Part shown: one piece after another, positions 47,605 to 58,607 of the stretch | Numbering within the stretch: the first letter of the stretch is position 1 | How the letters are laid out: every line of letters begins with the position of its first letter | Assembly (NCBI GenBank): GCA_964019425.1 | Contig: OZ025795.1 | Location: forward strand, 1,178,001 to 1,242,000 | Source: Flectonema sp. DT1601 | Lineage: Eukaryota | Reading direction: 5' to 3' | DNA: 64,000 nt | Notes under the pieces: model-generated | Seen by the model: only the letters and a program-made list of their open reading frames with translations | Told to the model about the DNA's origin: nothing | Databases searched by the model: none | Program-made: the position numbers and the translations under genes

Positions 47605-47678
47605 GGATGTCACGGGGTTCGAACCAGAGACCTCCGGATCATGATTCGGCGGTCATAACCAATAAACCACCGGAGCTC
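47605..47678 (-). pseudogene. tRNA-like sequence (Met-CAT-like) with A box, B box and T6 terminator; acceptor stem unpaired
   Basis: Reverse complement has TGGTTTATTGG, GACC, CCGAATCATGATCCGG, GGTTCGAACCC, then TTTTTT. Confidence 0.7.
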
Positions 47679-47801
47679 CGAAGATTCTGAAAACTTTCCC
47701 GTCATGTTGGGTTGTTTCGAGCAGTTAAAATTTTTGTGATGAGTTGGCGATTTCGCAAACTATTTTTGTGGAATTAGGGGTTTTCCCAAAAAATAAATAA
47801 A

Positions 47802-49631
47802 ATGGCTGGTAAGAAAGCAATGCGTCCGCAAGATAGAAGGGCAGCGGAAAGGAGAGAAAGAGAAAGGAAAGAGGCGAAGATGATGAGGGAACAAGCCAGA
47901 AATGAGATCCGGGAAGAAGAAGAGGGGTCTCAGCAGGAGATAGAGTCCCAGCAACAGGAAGAAATGGAGATGGACTCTCCAGAAGTGCCAGAAGGAATCT
48001 CAGTAGAGGTGACCGCAGTAGGACCTCCAGCAGCATTTCAAGCAAGCCCTCAAAACAAGGAGGCAATTCAAACAAAGACAAGCCCTCAAAACAAAGAGGC
48101 AATTCAAATAAGCCCTCAAAACATAGAGGCACAAGGAAGTGTTTTAAAAACAAAACAAAGCCCTCCATCAAATGAGGCACCCCAATCAAGCCCTCAAATC
48201 AAAGAGGCACAAAGAAGATCGACGGTGATGATGAATGGACCACCACCAAAGTTTAACAAGGAGCATTTTAAATGCAAAATACTCCAGCCAACTGATGACC
48301 TCAACAGCAAGACCAACGGCATTATACTTGCATTATCTCAACAAGGAAGAAACCTGGACGAAGACTACTTCGAAAAGGCTAGCAAAACGCAACAACTGAC
48401 GATAGTGTTCACACGACCACCTCCAAAACGTGCCCTACAACACGCAACTGACTGCAGTCAGATTCAGACGCCAGTCCAATTCGATGGACAATTAAAAATT
48501 AGAAGCTGGTGGTTCGTTACAATGTCAGGCACGACCCACAGACCAACATTGACCATCGCCAAAAAGGTCAACCCACCGGAGACACATGAACTGATAGCCT
48601 GGATGACAAAGAAGGACATCTCCAAGGCGCAGGTGGAAAGCCCCTCAGCAGTAACAGCCATGATAAAAGCGGTTGTTGCACAACACGGAAGGGTGGATCA
48701 AAGATCGTACAGATCAGTGGAGGGAGACTTTGCGGAGTTAACAATCCTGCCAACGGATGTAGACTCAGCAGTAAAGTTACTGAAGAACTCGGGAACAGAC
48801 AAGGTCTACTTCCGAATCAAACAAACGCTGGGACAGTCAGCAACCAAGTACAGTACCGTGTGGCTGGACCGCAAGACGACGAATGATGAGGCAGTTGGCA
48901 TTCTGAGAGCCCAACAAGACCTCTGTTACGGACTCACCATCAGCCACGGCAAAATAGGGTTGAGAGTGATTAAAACAAAGGACGTCGACAAAGTAAGGAA
49001 GGGAGCTGGGAAGTACGCCAGCACTGTATACGGCGAAGGGCTACACCGTCTCAGCGGAGCGCCTTACAGCTGGGGCAACAGGCTCCAGAATATTCTATCG
49101 CAGTTGGGACTGAGGTCTAAATTTGTAAGGATGGATCGGGGTGACTTCATCATCGCGTTGGACAAGAAGCCGGAAACGAAACTTGTCCAATGTGGTGAGG
49201 TAGTCATCCTAATTGAAAAATTAGAAAGTGTGGAAGTGGAAGTGAAGAAACCCGTCGTTGTGAAATACCGCGAGGCCAAGACTTCGTATGCAGCCGCAGT
49301 CAAAAAGACGTTACCGACTCCGAAAAATCCAACGACTGAAGTACAAAACTCTGAGAGCAGTGTTAAGGAACTCAGAGAAAAGACTGACAGCATGATGGCA
49401 CAACTTAAGAATGATGTTACAGATCTGCAGAAAAGATTAGAGGAGGGACTCTACAATCTAACGAAGGTGGTCGCAACCCTGACGGAGGCCGCTAATAAAA
49501 ACGAAAAGAACTATAACAACATGGCCATAGCCATCACAAGTCTGGTAGAATCGGTGAAGCGGATGGAAGCCACTATTGGTCTCGGTCGAACAACAAGTAC
49601 GAATAGAAACAACAACACTGGCCAATCATGA
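47802..49631 (+). CDS. LINE ORF1 (gag-like), 609 aa
   Basis: Precedes and overlaps ORF2 by ATGA. Charged N-terminus, SPQNKEAIQ repeats, SYAAAV motif, C-terminal coiled coil. Confidence 0.85.
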   Translation: MAGKKAMRPQDRRAAERRERERKEAKMMREQARNEIREEEEGSQQEIESQQQEEMEMDSPEVPEGISVEVTAVGPPAAFQASPQNKEAIQTKTSPQNKEAIQISPQNIEAQGSVLKTKQSPPSNEAPQSSPQIKEAQRRSTVMMNGPPPKFNKEHFKCKILQPTDDLNSKTNGIILALSQQGRNLDEDYFEKASKTQQLTIVFTRPPPKRALQHATDCSQIQTPVQFDGQLKIRSWWFVTMSGTTHRPTLTIAKKVNPPETHELIAWMTKKDISKAQVESPSAVTAMIKAVVAQHGRVDQRSYRSVEGDFAELTILPTDVDSAVKLLKNSGTDKVYFRIKQTLGQSATKYSTVWLDRKTTNDEAVGILRAQQDLCYGLTISHGKIGLRVIKTKDVDKVRKGAGKYASTVYGEGLHRLSGAPYSWGNRLQNILSQLGLRSKFVRMDRGDFIIALDKKPETKLVQCGEVVILIEKLESVEVEVKKPVVVKYREAKTSYAAAVKKTLPTPKNPTTEVQNSESSVKELREKTDSMMAQLKNDVTDLQKRLEEGLYNLTKVVATLTEAANKNEKNYNNMAIAITSLVESVKRMEATIGLGRTTSTNRNNNTGQS

Positions 49632-52600
49632 TTGTGATTTGGTCAAATAACATTCGCTCAGTTCTGAAACCAGAAAACTACTTCAAACTGAATTGGGCTC
49701 TCAAAGAAGAAAAACCTGAAATAATACTACTACAAGAAACATGGTTAACCGATGACAAGCCCTTCTCTGTTGACGGGTACAAAACTTACAGAAGAGACAG
49801 CACCACCAAGATGGGACATCGTGGGCTCATTACATTGGTAAGGAATGATCTTAAAAATGCGATTACTAAACTCAACGACATCTCATTTGACCAAACTGAG
49901 ATACTATCAGTAGAATTACAGTCTAATCCACCTCTTATAATACATAATGTTTACCACCCGCCTGAAATCAAGGCAACAACCTGGAAGATTAAATCAGAAC
50001 TCGGCACATTAATTGCAGGTGATATAAATGGACACCATCCGACATGGTCTAATGGAAATAAGAACACTACTGGTATAAGCTTCTATAATTGGTCACTGGA
50101 AGCTGCGATGAAAGTTATTAACAACCCTCAACAACACACGAGACCGCTAAGCCTGACATCCCCAGACATTGTAGCCTTGGACAACACGATGGAAGCAGAA
50201 GTTAAAATTATGAGAGGGTGGGGTAGCGACCATCAGCCACTCAAAATAATCATCGAAGAAATAAAGACTCAAGAGCAACATCAGAAAACTTACAATTGGA
50301 AATGGAAATGGCACTGTGCCGACTGGGAATACTACAGAAGAATATTGCAAGCTGCAGCACCCAAGCTGGAACATATAAAAACAGTCCAAAAACTGGGAGC
50401 AAGGATAAACAATGAAATATTAAAGGCAGCGGGAAGGGCCATACCAGGATATAACAAAGAAGTAGGAGGTGCCTTCACAGTGAGGGACCCTGAACTTGAG
50501 GAGTTAATGACTGAGACGGATCCGGATAAAACAACTACGGATGCTATAGCAGAAGGAATCCGAAAGGTAAAACAGAACATTATCGAATGTGATATGTCGG
50601 GAAAAGATTATCGGTGGGCCTTTCGGAAAGTCAAACAGCTAGAAGGTAGAACGATCATACGATCAGTAACATAACACACAAAGGGAGGGAATTAACTGAT
50701 TCACAGGAAATAGCAAATGCTTTTACTGAAACGTACGCAAACCAATTCCCGAAAGATGGGGAAATGGAGACAATTTCGGAACGACCGGATGAAAATGATG
50801 AGGAATTTGGGATGTCGGAACTGGTGAGACAGCTCACAAAAACGAAGGAAAAGAAAGCACCGGGACCCGACAAGATCTGGAATTCTATGATCAAACAACT
50901 GCCGGAAGCCTTTCTCAAACAACTGTTGCGACTGTTTAACCTGTCATGGCAACGATCAGCTGTACCAAGGTGCTGGAAAAGCGGTATGGTCATACCCATA
51001 TTAAAACCAGATAAGGACAAAAAGCAAGTTCTTTCTTATAGACCGATAACACTCACCTCTTCTATTGCGAAGCTCTTTGAGAGGATGATCGTTGAACGCA
51101 TGCATCATTTATTAAATAAGACGATGAACCCAAGACAGGCGGCCTACAAACGCGGACGAGATGCTACAGAAAACCTATGCATCGTAACTGACCGGCTTCT
51201 CAGTGCTAGGGACAGGGGAAAGGAAGCAATACTAATCACCTTTGATCTACAAAAGGCATTTGACGCGGTACAGCCAAAAACTCTTATGGACAAGATGATG
51301 ACCGCAGGGTTACCAACAAGGTATCTGAGGTGGGTACAAAACTATCTGACCGGAAGAAAAATCACAACGAGGGTGAACGGAACAAAAGGTAATTTCCAAA
51401 ACATACAAGTGGGTGTACCACAAGGAAGCGTGCTGGGCCCCCAGCTCTTTTCGATATTTATAAACGATTTAATAGAGAAACTGGAGAAGTTTGAGCCAAC
51501 CGTCTTTGCTGACGATGTTGGGATAGTTATCGCATCTGATACCAACAACCGTCTGGAGGATCGAGTCAATGAAGCGGTACGAATCTTTGAGGAATGGGCA
51601 TTAGACTCCCAAATAAAAATTAATAAGAACCCTGGCAAAACTGAATACATTCATGTGAAGCCGAACAGAACTACGCAGGACAAGTCCCCAGTTGTGGTGT
51701 ACTCTGAAGAGCATACTTTTAAATATGTTGTGGCCACAGCAGAACAGATAAGAAACCTTGTGAAAGACGATGGCACAACAACAGTAGAAAAGAAGGAAGA
51801 CTATGCTGTCACTCACTTGTACGTGGTGCCGCCACATAGAATAAAGACAAAGCTGCCGAACAAACCAACAGTAATAAAAACACTAAAGATGAATGCTCAG
51901 CGCTTCCCCCAACTAAAGAAAGTTCACAATCGGGGGGAAATAGATAAGATGTTGGAAACAGTGGGGCCAGGACTTCACGGATTCGCACTTGCAACTGGAC
52001 GGAAAGTACATAAGACGAAAGTTGTAAGATACCTGGGAGTACACTATGACGAGAACCTGACATTTGAGTCACAGATGGGGAAAATGATGATAGCTGCATC
52101 CAGAGGTCTTGGCTTACTGACTAGACTTACCCGGATAGGCTGTAGGAAGAGAACGCTGATTAGCATCCTAGTGACGGTGGTCCTAGCAAGGATCCTTTAT
52201 GGTGTTGAGAGCTTTGCTTGGGTACTAACAAGCAACTTTCTCCAGCAACTGGAATTAATTATAAACAGAACAGTGAGGCTGGTCACTGGATGCCTGCGGA
52301 GCACAGAATTAACAAGACTGTACGAAGAGGCAGACACTCCACGACTAAAGGAACACATCCAATACAAGATGTGCAGAACATATGAACGATTCAAGCTCAG
52401 TCCACACCTACCAGCACATGAACTGACAAAAACAAAAAGAATGGAAGAGAACCCACCAAAAACGATATGGGGATGGACTGTCTGGAATTACTATGTATCT
52501 GGGATCCCTGGTCTTGACATAAACAGAAGTATCATAAGCCAAGAAGTAAATCCGGAGCACTACACGCTACCACCGTGGAAAGAAACTAATGCGATGAAGT

Positions 52601-53547
52601 TCACTTACCCAGGTGACAAAGACGAGGCGAAACGGAGTGAAGCAGACTTACCTGCTCAAGACACGAGAGTTTACACGGATGGGTCGATAAGACACAAGTC
52701 TAAGACCTACATGACGAATGCAGCTGCTGCTGTGGTTATAGTAGACAAAGGCAAGACGTGTCTACTTGGATACAAAATACCGGTGGCGGGTTCCTCCTAC
52801 AGGACTGAACAGATCGCTGTAAAATTGGCGATGGAGAATCTTGTTCAAGCAGCGAAGGAGGAACAAGAATATCCAACAGCAACGACGCACCTGTTGACTG
52901 ATTCGATGTCAGTTATGCAGGCATTGGAACAAGGACCATACAAACAAAGGTCCCCAATGAATAAAGACATCTGGAAGTTAGCTATGAAGCTAGAGAGGAA
53001 GGGTGTACAAATTAACGTACAGTATGTGCCAGCGCACAGAAATGTACGATACAATGAAGTAGCAGACCAGCTTGCGAAGTATGCAGCAGGCCTGAAGGAT
53101 GATCCACCTTATAAGGATGTAATTATTAAACAACTACCCGCTCAACTTGATATGGGAACGATGATGACCTTCCACAAGCGGAGAAAACGGGAGAACTGGT
53201 TAGGGCCAGGAGAGGTAAGGCACCCTCCATACATTGATGAGCTCACCAGACCGGAAGAAGTGATCATGTCACGCTTTAGAGTGGGACACTGCAGATCCTT
53301 GAAACTCAAGGGACAAAATGAGAAATGCATCTTCTGTAAAGATGCAAGGGCAACACCACATCATGTGGCCTTATTATGTGAACATTGGTGCGTGGAATTC
53401 TTAAGAGACAAGTACATCGATCCTATGATAAACGAAGAAGGAGAAGAACCATGTTCTCTAGAAGACTGTTACTTACCGAATAACCAACGAAGGATGTTAA
53501 ACTTTGTCACTGCCTTGGACGAACTAGCAGTACTAACAGGAAGGTAA
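49628..53547 (+). pseudogene. LINE ORF2 (APE, RT, RNase H, CCHC) with one frameshift at ~50650-50671
   Basis: APE: LLQETW, AGDINGHH, SPDI, SDH. RT: PGPD, YRPITLTS, DLQKAFD, GVPQGSVLGP, FADD, YLG. RNase H: YTDGS, TE, TDS, VPAH, NEVADQLAK. Tail CIFC...H....C. Confidence 0.92.
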
Positions 53548-53838
53548 TCTTATAATCGACAAATGTCAAGATCAAGACCGCAGCCTACAAGACTAGGAAG
53601 TACCGATGGCAATTTAGCAACACATCCGAAGACGTCCAAGTGGACAATTTACTCTGTAGTATTAGTTTTAAGTTATCAAAACAAAGAAAGGAGATACGAA
53701 GCCTACGGGATCCCCACCCCCAACCCCCAAAACAAAGAAAGTAAGAAAGAAAGAAAGAAAAAGAACAACCGCGCCTAACAGCGCAATCAGCACCACAGAC
53801 TCACGGGTCGTGGTGCACACACAAAAAAAAAAAAAAAA

Positions 53839-55297
53839 TTAGCAAGGGTGCTTTATGGTGTTGAAAGCTTTGCTTGGATGCTACCAAAAGAGTGCTTCGA
53901 ACAACTGGAATTACTGGTAAACAGGGCAGTGAGGCTGGTAACTGGATGTCTGCGGAGCACCAAACTACAGAGACTTTACAAAGAAGCCGACACCCCAAGA
54001 CTGAAGGAACACATCCAGTATAAGATGTGTAGAACTTATGAACGTTTTAAATTGAGTCCGTTCCTACCGACTCGCAAGCTGACGAGAACAGGGAGTTCAG
54101 AATTATTTCAAAAATCGAAATGGGGATGGAATGTCTGGATAGACTATGTCTCTGGTGTCCCTGGCCTTGACAATTACCGGAGCATTACCAACCTGGAAGT
54201 GAACCCAGAACACTACACTGTCCCTCCATGGAAAAGTACTAATGCGATGAAATTCACATATTCAAGCAACAAGGAAGAGGCTGAACAGCGAGAAACTGAA
54301 TTACCAGCTCACGAGATGAAAGTCTACACTGACGGGTCGATAAGACACAAACCCAAGACTTACATGACAGACTCGGCTGCTGCTGTGGTCATGGTTAACG
54401 AAAGCAAGATGCGTCTACTTGGATATAAAATACCAGTAGCGGGTTCCTCTTATAGGACCGAGCAGATTGCAGTAAAACTGGCGTTGGAAAATTTAGTTCA
54501 GGTGGCGGAGGATGAACATGAATCTCTAACAGCAACGACGCACCTGTTGACTGATTCGATGTCAGTCATGCAGGCATTGGAACAAGGGCCATATAAACAA
54601 AGGTCCCCAATGAACAAAAAGATCTGGAAGTTGGCAATGAAACTGGAGAAGAAGGGAATCCAAGTCAACATGAGTATGTACCGGCACACAGAAACGTGCG
54701 GTACAACGAAGTAGCGGACCAACTGGCGAAATTCGCTGCAGGCCTGAAGGAAGATCCACCTCACGAAGATGTTATTATTAAACAACTGCCCACTCAACTT
54801 GACATGGGAACATTGATGACGTTTCACAAGCGGAGAAAACGGGAGAACTGGATCGGACCGGGAGAGATAAGACACCCTCCGTACATCGAAGTACTGATGT
54901 CACGCTTTAGAGTGGGACATTGCAGATCTCTGATAATCAAAGGACTGAACGAGCTGTGCTTTTTCTGTAAACTTGGAAAGGCGACAGCACATCATGTATT
55001 ATTTATATGCGAACATTGGTGTATAGAAACCTTGAGAGAAAAATACATCAGTCACATGATGAATGACAAGGGAGAGGAAGCATGCCAACTGGAGGACTGC
55101 TACTTACCTGCGAATCAACAGCAGATGACTGGTTTTGTCACAACCTTAGACAGACTGGCACAACTATTAGGACGGTAGTATTATTAAAACATCGACATTT
55201 CGAATATCAACATTGAAGGCATCATTGCAACACATCTGAAGTCGTCCAAGTGGACAATTAATAATGTAGTATTAGTTTTAAGTTATCAAAACAAAGA
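53839..55297 (+). mobile_element. Older, diverged, 5'-truncated copy of the same LINE family (post-RT region, RNase H, CCHC, part of 3' UTR)
   Basis: ORFs 53848-54714 and 54696-55178 align with the ORF2 C-terminus. Frameshift at ~54670 and a 7-codon deletion. Shared 3' UTR block. Confidence 0.93.
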
Positions 55298-55625
55298 TCA
55301 AAGTTTTTAACTTTGGAATTCCGTTGAGTCGGATCTTCTGTTGAGCCTGAAGCTTCCTGTAGCATCCGATACAGTGACAACGGATTGAGCCTAGTATCTT
55401 ACGAATATTCCGTGGTCTCAATGAAGTGAAGTATGAGTAGGATGCCTCACTGAGATATTTACAGTACTCGCTCCAAGCTTGTTGATATGGGATGGTGTTC
55501 TCGGGAAGTTTTACTGAGTGAAGGGATGGTCACCTTACAGAGAAATGTTGTCCTCTTAAAGATTGTGTTGATTAGTTTTAATTATTCATTGACTAATACT
55601 TTTTATTATCATTCAAGCCAACAAT

Positions 55626-55907
55626 ATGGTATGCGGACCAGCATGGTTTCGAAGATACGAGAATGCTGACGATGAGCGCATAGAAGATTTGATTGACGCC
55701 CTGTTCTCTGCATGCAAAGATGATCATCAGGAAATACTGTTGGAATTATCTGATCAAGGTTGGTTCATAGATGATGAGGATTACGAATCACCTAAAAAAC
55801 TGAAAGATGTGATTATGTTAATCATACGAACCTTGCAGTTTCAGAATGGAGTAGCTTCTGACTTGATTCTTGATGCGCTTAGAGTTGTTGAAAATTATAT
55901 AAAGTAG
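55626..55907 (+). CDS. Small hypothetical protein, distant similarity to 58608-59360
   Basis: GW...IMLIIRTLQFQNGVASDLILDALRVVEN vs GW...IVKLVVHTLHYDVIGAADVMFRTVTVLED. Confidence 0.5.
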   Translation: MVCGPAWFRRYENADDERIEDLIDALFSACKDDHQEILLELSDQGWFIDDEDYESPKKLKDVIMLIIRTLQFQNGVASDLILDALRVVENYIK

Positions 55908-58607
55908 TCGTCTTCTGCACCCCAATGAACAAATACTATCAGTAGTAATAATCAGTACAACGTAATCCACTTAACTAATTATAGAAATAGTTTATTCAGT
56001 ATGGTATCACTGTACAGGATGGCTGCTTGTCCCCACCATATGTTAATGGTCAAGCGTGCTGTAAATAATTACTACCTGTAACTAACTACAGGTACAATGT
56101 TGAGCTTTTCTCTTTTTTTCCCCCTTTTCCTGAACAACCTACGCTGTCAAACTACTACCGGAATAGCTATTCTTTTGCAACAGGTTCCATTTTTTTTTTT
56201 GCATTTAACAAGTATTGTCGGAACGAAAAAAAGAATGTTAGACAGCACATACGTAAACCTCCTTTAGCATTATCAGTTTAAATCGGTTCACGGGGTTTTC
56301 GTGACACAAACAAAACATCAACAAAATGTTATATTACTATTTTCTGTATAGTTTTTAAGATAAAGCCAACTCGTTTTCTTTTTTGTCAGTAAAAACTCTT
56401 TACTTTTTGTAATGTTGACCAAGACCCATTCAATTATGGGTTTGAAATTAATTGCATTTTCTTTTTTTAATATTATTTATTAGCGAGTTGCAACAGTTAA
56501 GTTGTTATTAAGTTCTTCGCTTTAGTTCCATTCTTCTCAGTCATTAGATAGTCTTACTGGCTTTAGTTGGTGTCATGTCAGTGATCATCTGTTGTACTCG
56601 AGATCTTCTTTATTGTCTCGTCAATGTAGTAATTACCTCCCTCTCTCTCTCTTTTTTTTTGAGCCTCTCGTGCTATTACTTTTTTATATCTATGAGTTGA
56701 TCGATCGCACAAGTCTTTTTTTTTTTTTTTTTTTTTTTTTTGTTTGCCACAGTTTGGAAATCAGATGGACAGGCACATGTGGTGCTGGGTGTTTGATTGC
56801 GTTATTATTTTCCCTCTCTCTCCTATAAAATCCTTTTTTAGGATTTTGCCTTGTTGGGGTTGTATTTTAACTAGCTTCTACACCATACTAACAAGAATAG
56901 AGGTAAAGAGGTATATGGATTACTCTCGAAACCTACGCAGTTTCTTCAATGACGTGGGTCAGGTTATTGTTGTAGTTATGGTATTTTTGACAGATGTCAG
57001 ATTATGAGTTTTTTTTTTTTTTTAAATTTTTTTTATTTTATTTTTTTCCATTCCCTCCTAAAATGCTACGATTTAACTTTTATTTATATTGGATCATCGT
57101 CTCTTCATCGTTTGCAGGAGCGGGTCTGATTTTGTTCTTTCGGGTTTCTTGTTCCCATACTTCCACATATCGCGTAATTTTTTTTTTTTTTTCAGAGGGA
57201 GGAATTGCATATCCGGTCTTTATTTTTCATTTTTCCCCTCCCCTACCGAGGGAATAATTTGTGGGATTGATTCACAACTACAAATATTTTTCAGTCAAGT
57301 ACTATTTTGTTTTTAATACCTAAAGTTGTTCATTGTCAAAGATTCACCCCTACCGAGGGAATAATTCACAACGCTCGTCAAACACCAGTTTTAATTGACT
57401 TTGAAGATGTACAGGATACTTTCTGCATTGTAGAATAGTGCTTCACTTGTAGTAGTGCGCTACGAACTACGAACACAATCAAAAAGTACTGAGGGGTGAT
57501 TCAGTCTCAATAGTTGACATACTTCTACACCATAACTGATAATGAAATCTAAATATTTACTTCAAAGGGCTTAGTTAAGCATCACCGTAATTCACTGTAT
57601 CCATAACAGATTGTTAAATTATCGTTTTTTTTTTTGTTATGATCCAATACAGTTGTATTTTTATTTTACAAAAATCACACAGTTTTTCTTTAGCTGCGAC
57701 CGCGAAAAACGGCTAGTACCCATAGTAGTTTGTAACAATCTTTTTTTTTTTTTTTTTTTTTTTTGCTGATATTGCCTGTGGAGAAATAGTCTCCAACAAG
57801 AGCCGTGAGTACGATGCTGTGGCTTCTTGTCATCTAACGAGATGAAATATTTAAATAGTGAGAATAAAACCCATCCATCTAAACATAATAATATTATGTT
57901 GGATTAGCTGTTGCTCGGATACTTATGTCGATTGCTAGCATGCAAGCAACAAACAGACAAACAAAAAAAAAATAATCTCTCGTAACCCTTTTTATGTCAG
58001 TAGTTGTCCTTTTTTAAATTGACAAATGTGGCTTCATTGCTTTTTTTATATTTTTATTTTTTTTATTTGCGAGTAATCGTGTATTCGGTTTCTCTATGAT
58101 AATTACAGTCGGAAATCGCTTGTAGGGTTGCATAGCCACTACAATTCATTATTTCATTTCCATTTCCATTTCTTTTTTTTTAAAATTTAGGTTGTCCTAC
58201 CTGTTCTTTTCCACACGTTTGTAATCGAACACTGTGCAACAAACAATCGGCTGTGGCTTGGCTTGTTGGGATTTCCTACTATTTTCTTTCCCCCCTCTTT
58301 TTTTAAAAAAGCTATTTACCTGCCTCCATCCTATTTTTTTAATCCGGATTTAACTACTCCCTTTTCTGATTTTATTGAAAAAAAAATAGCGTGTATGATT
58401 TATTTTATGTTTATATTTTTATCGCAGATACACACAGAGATGAGAATGGTTCAAAGAAAGGTTTTTTTTAATTTTTAGACCGAAATAAATAAATATTTGC
58501 ATTTGATTTTTTTTTGATTGACTGATAATTATTAATAATTAACTTACCTTCCTATAAATGAGTTTAAAGTTTCTTTTTTTCTAATTCAGTTATAACTCTC
58601 AATCAAT

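Larger units (their letters stand above)
46591..47787. mobile_element. Non-autonomous TIR element (Mutator/Pack-MULE-like) with captured RNA-gene fragments
   Basis: 47-bp TIRs 46591-46637 / 47741-47787 (2 mismatches, GGG...CCC ends). 9-bp direct repeat AAAAAATAA at 46582-46590 and 47788-47796. No transposase. Confidence 0.75.
47802..53838 (+). mobile_element. Near-complete non-LTR retrotransposon (I-group/ingi-related: ORF1 + APE-RT-RNase H-CCHC), poly(A) tail
   Basis: Two ORFs, 3' UTR, A16 tail at 53823-53838, TTAGCAA duplication (46567-46573 / 53839-53845). Confidence 0.95.

Noticed and set aside
47605..47678. Functional tRNA-Met
   Set aside because: The acceptor stem does not pair and the anticodon arm is imperfect.
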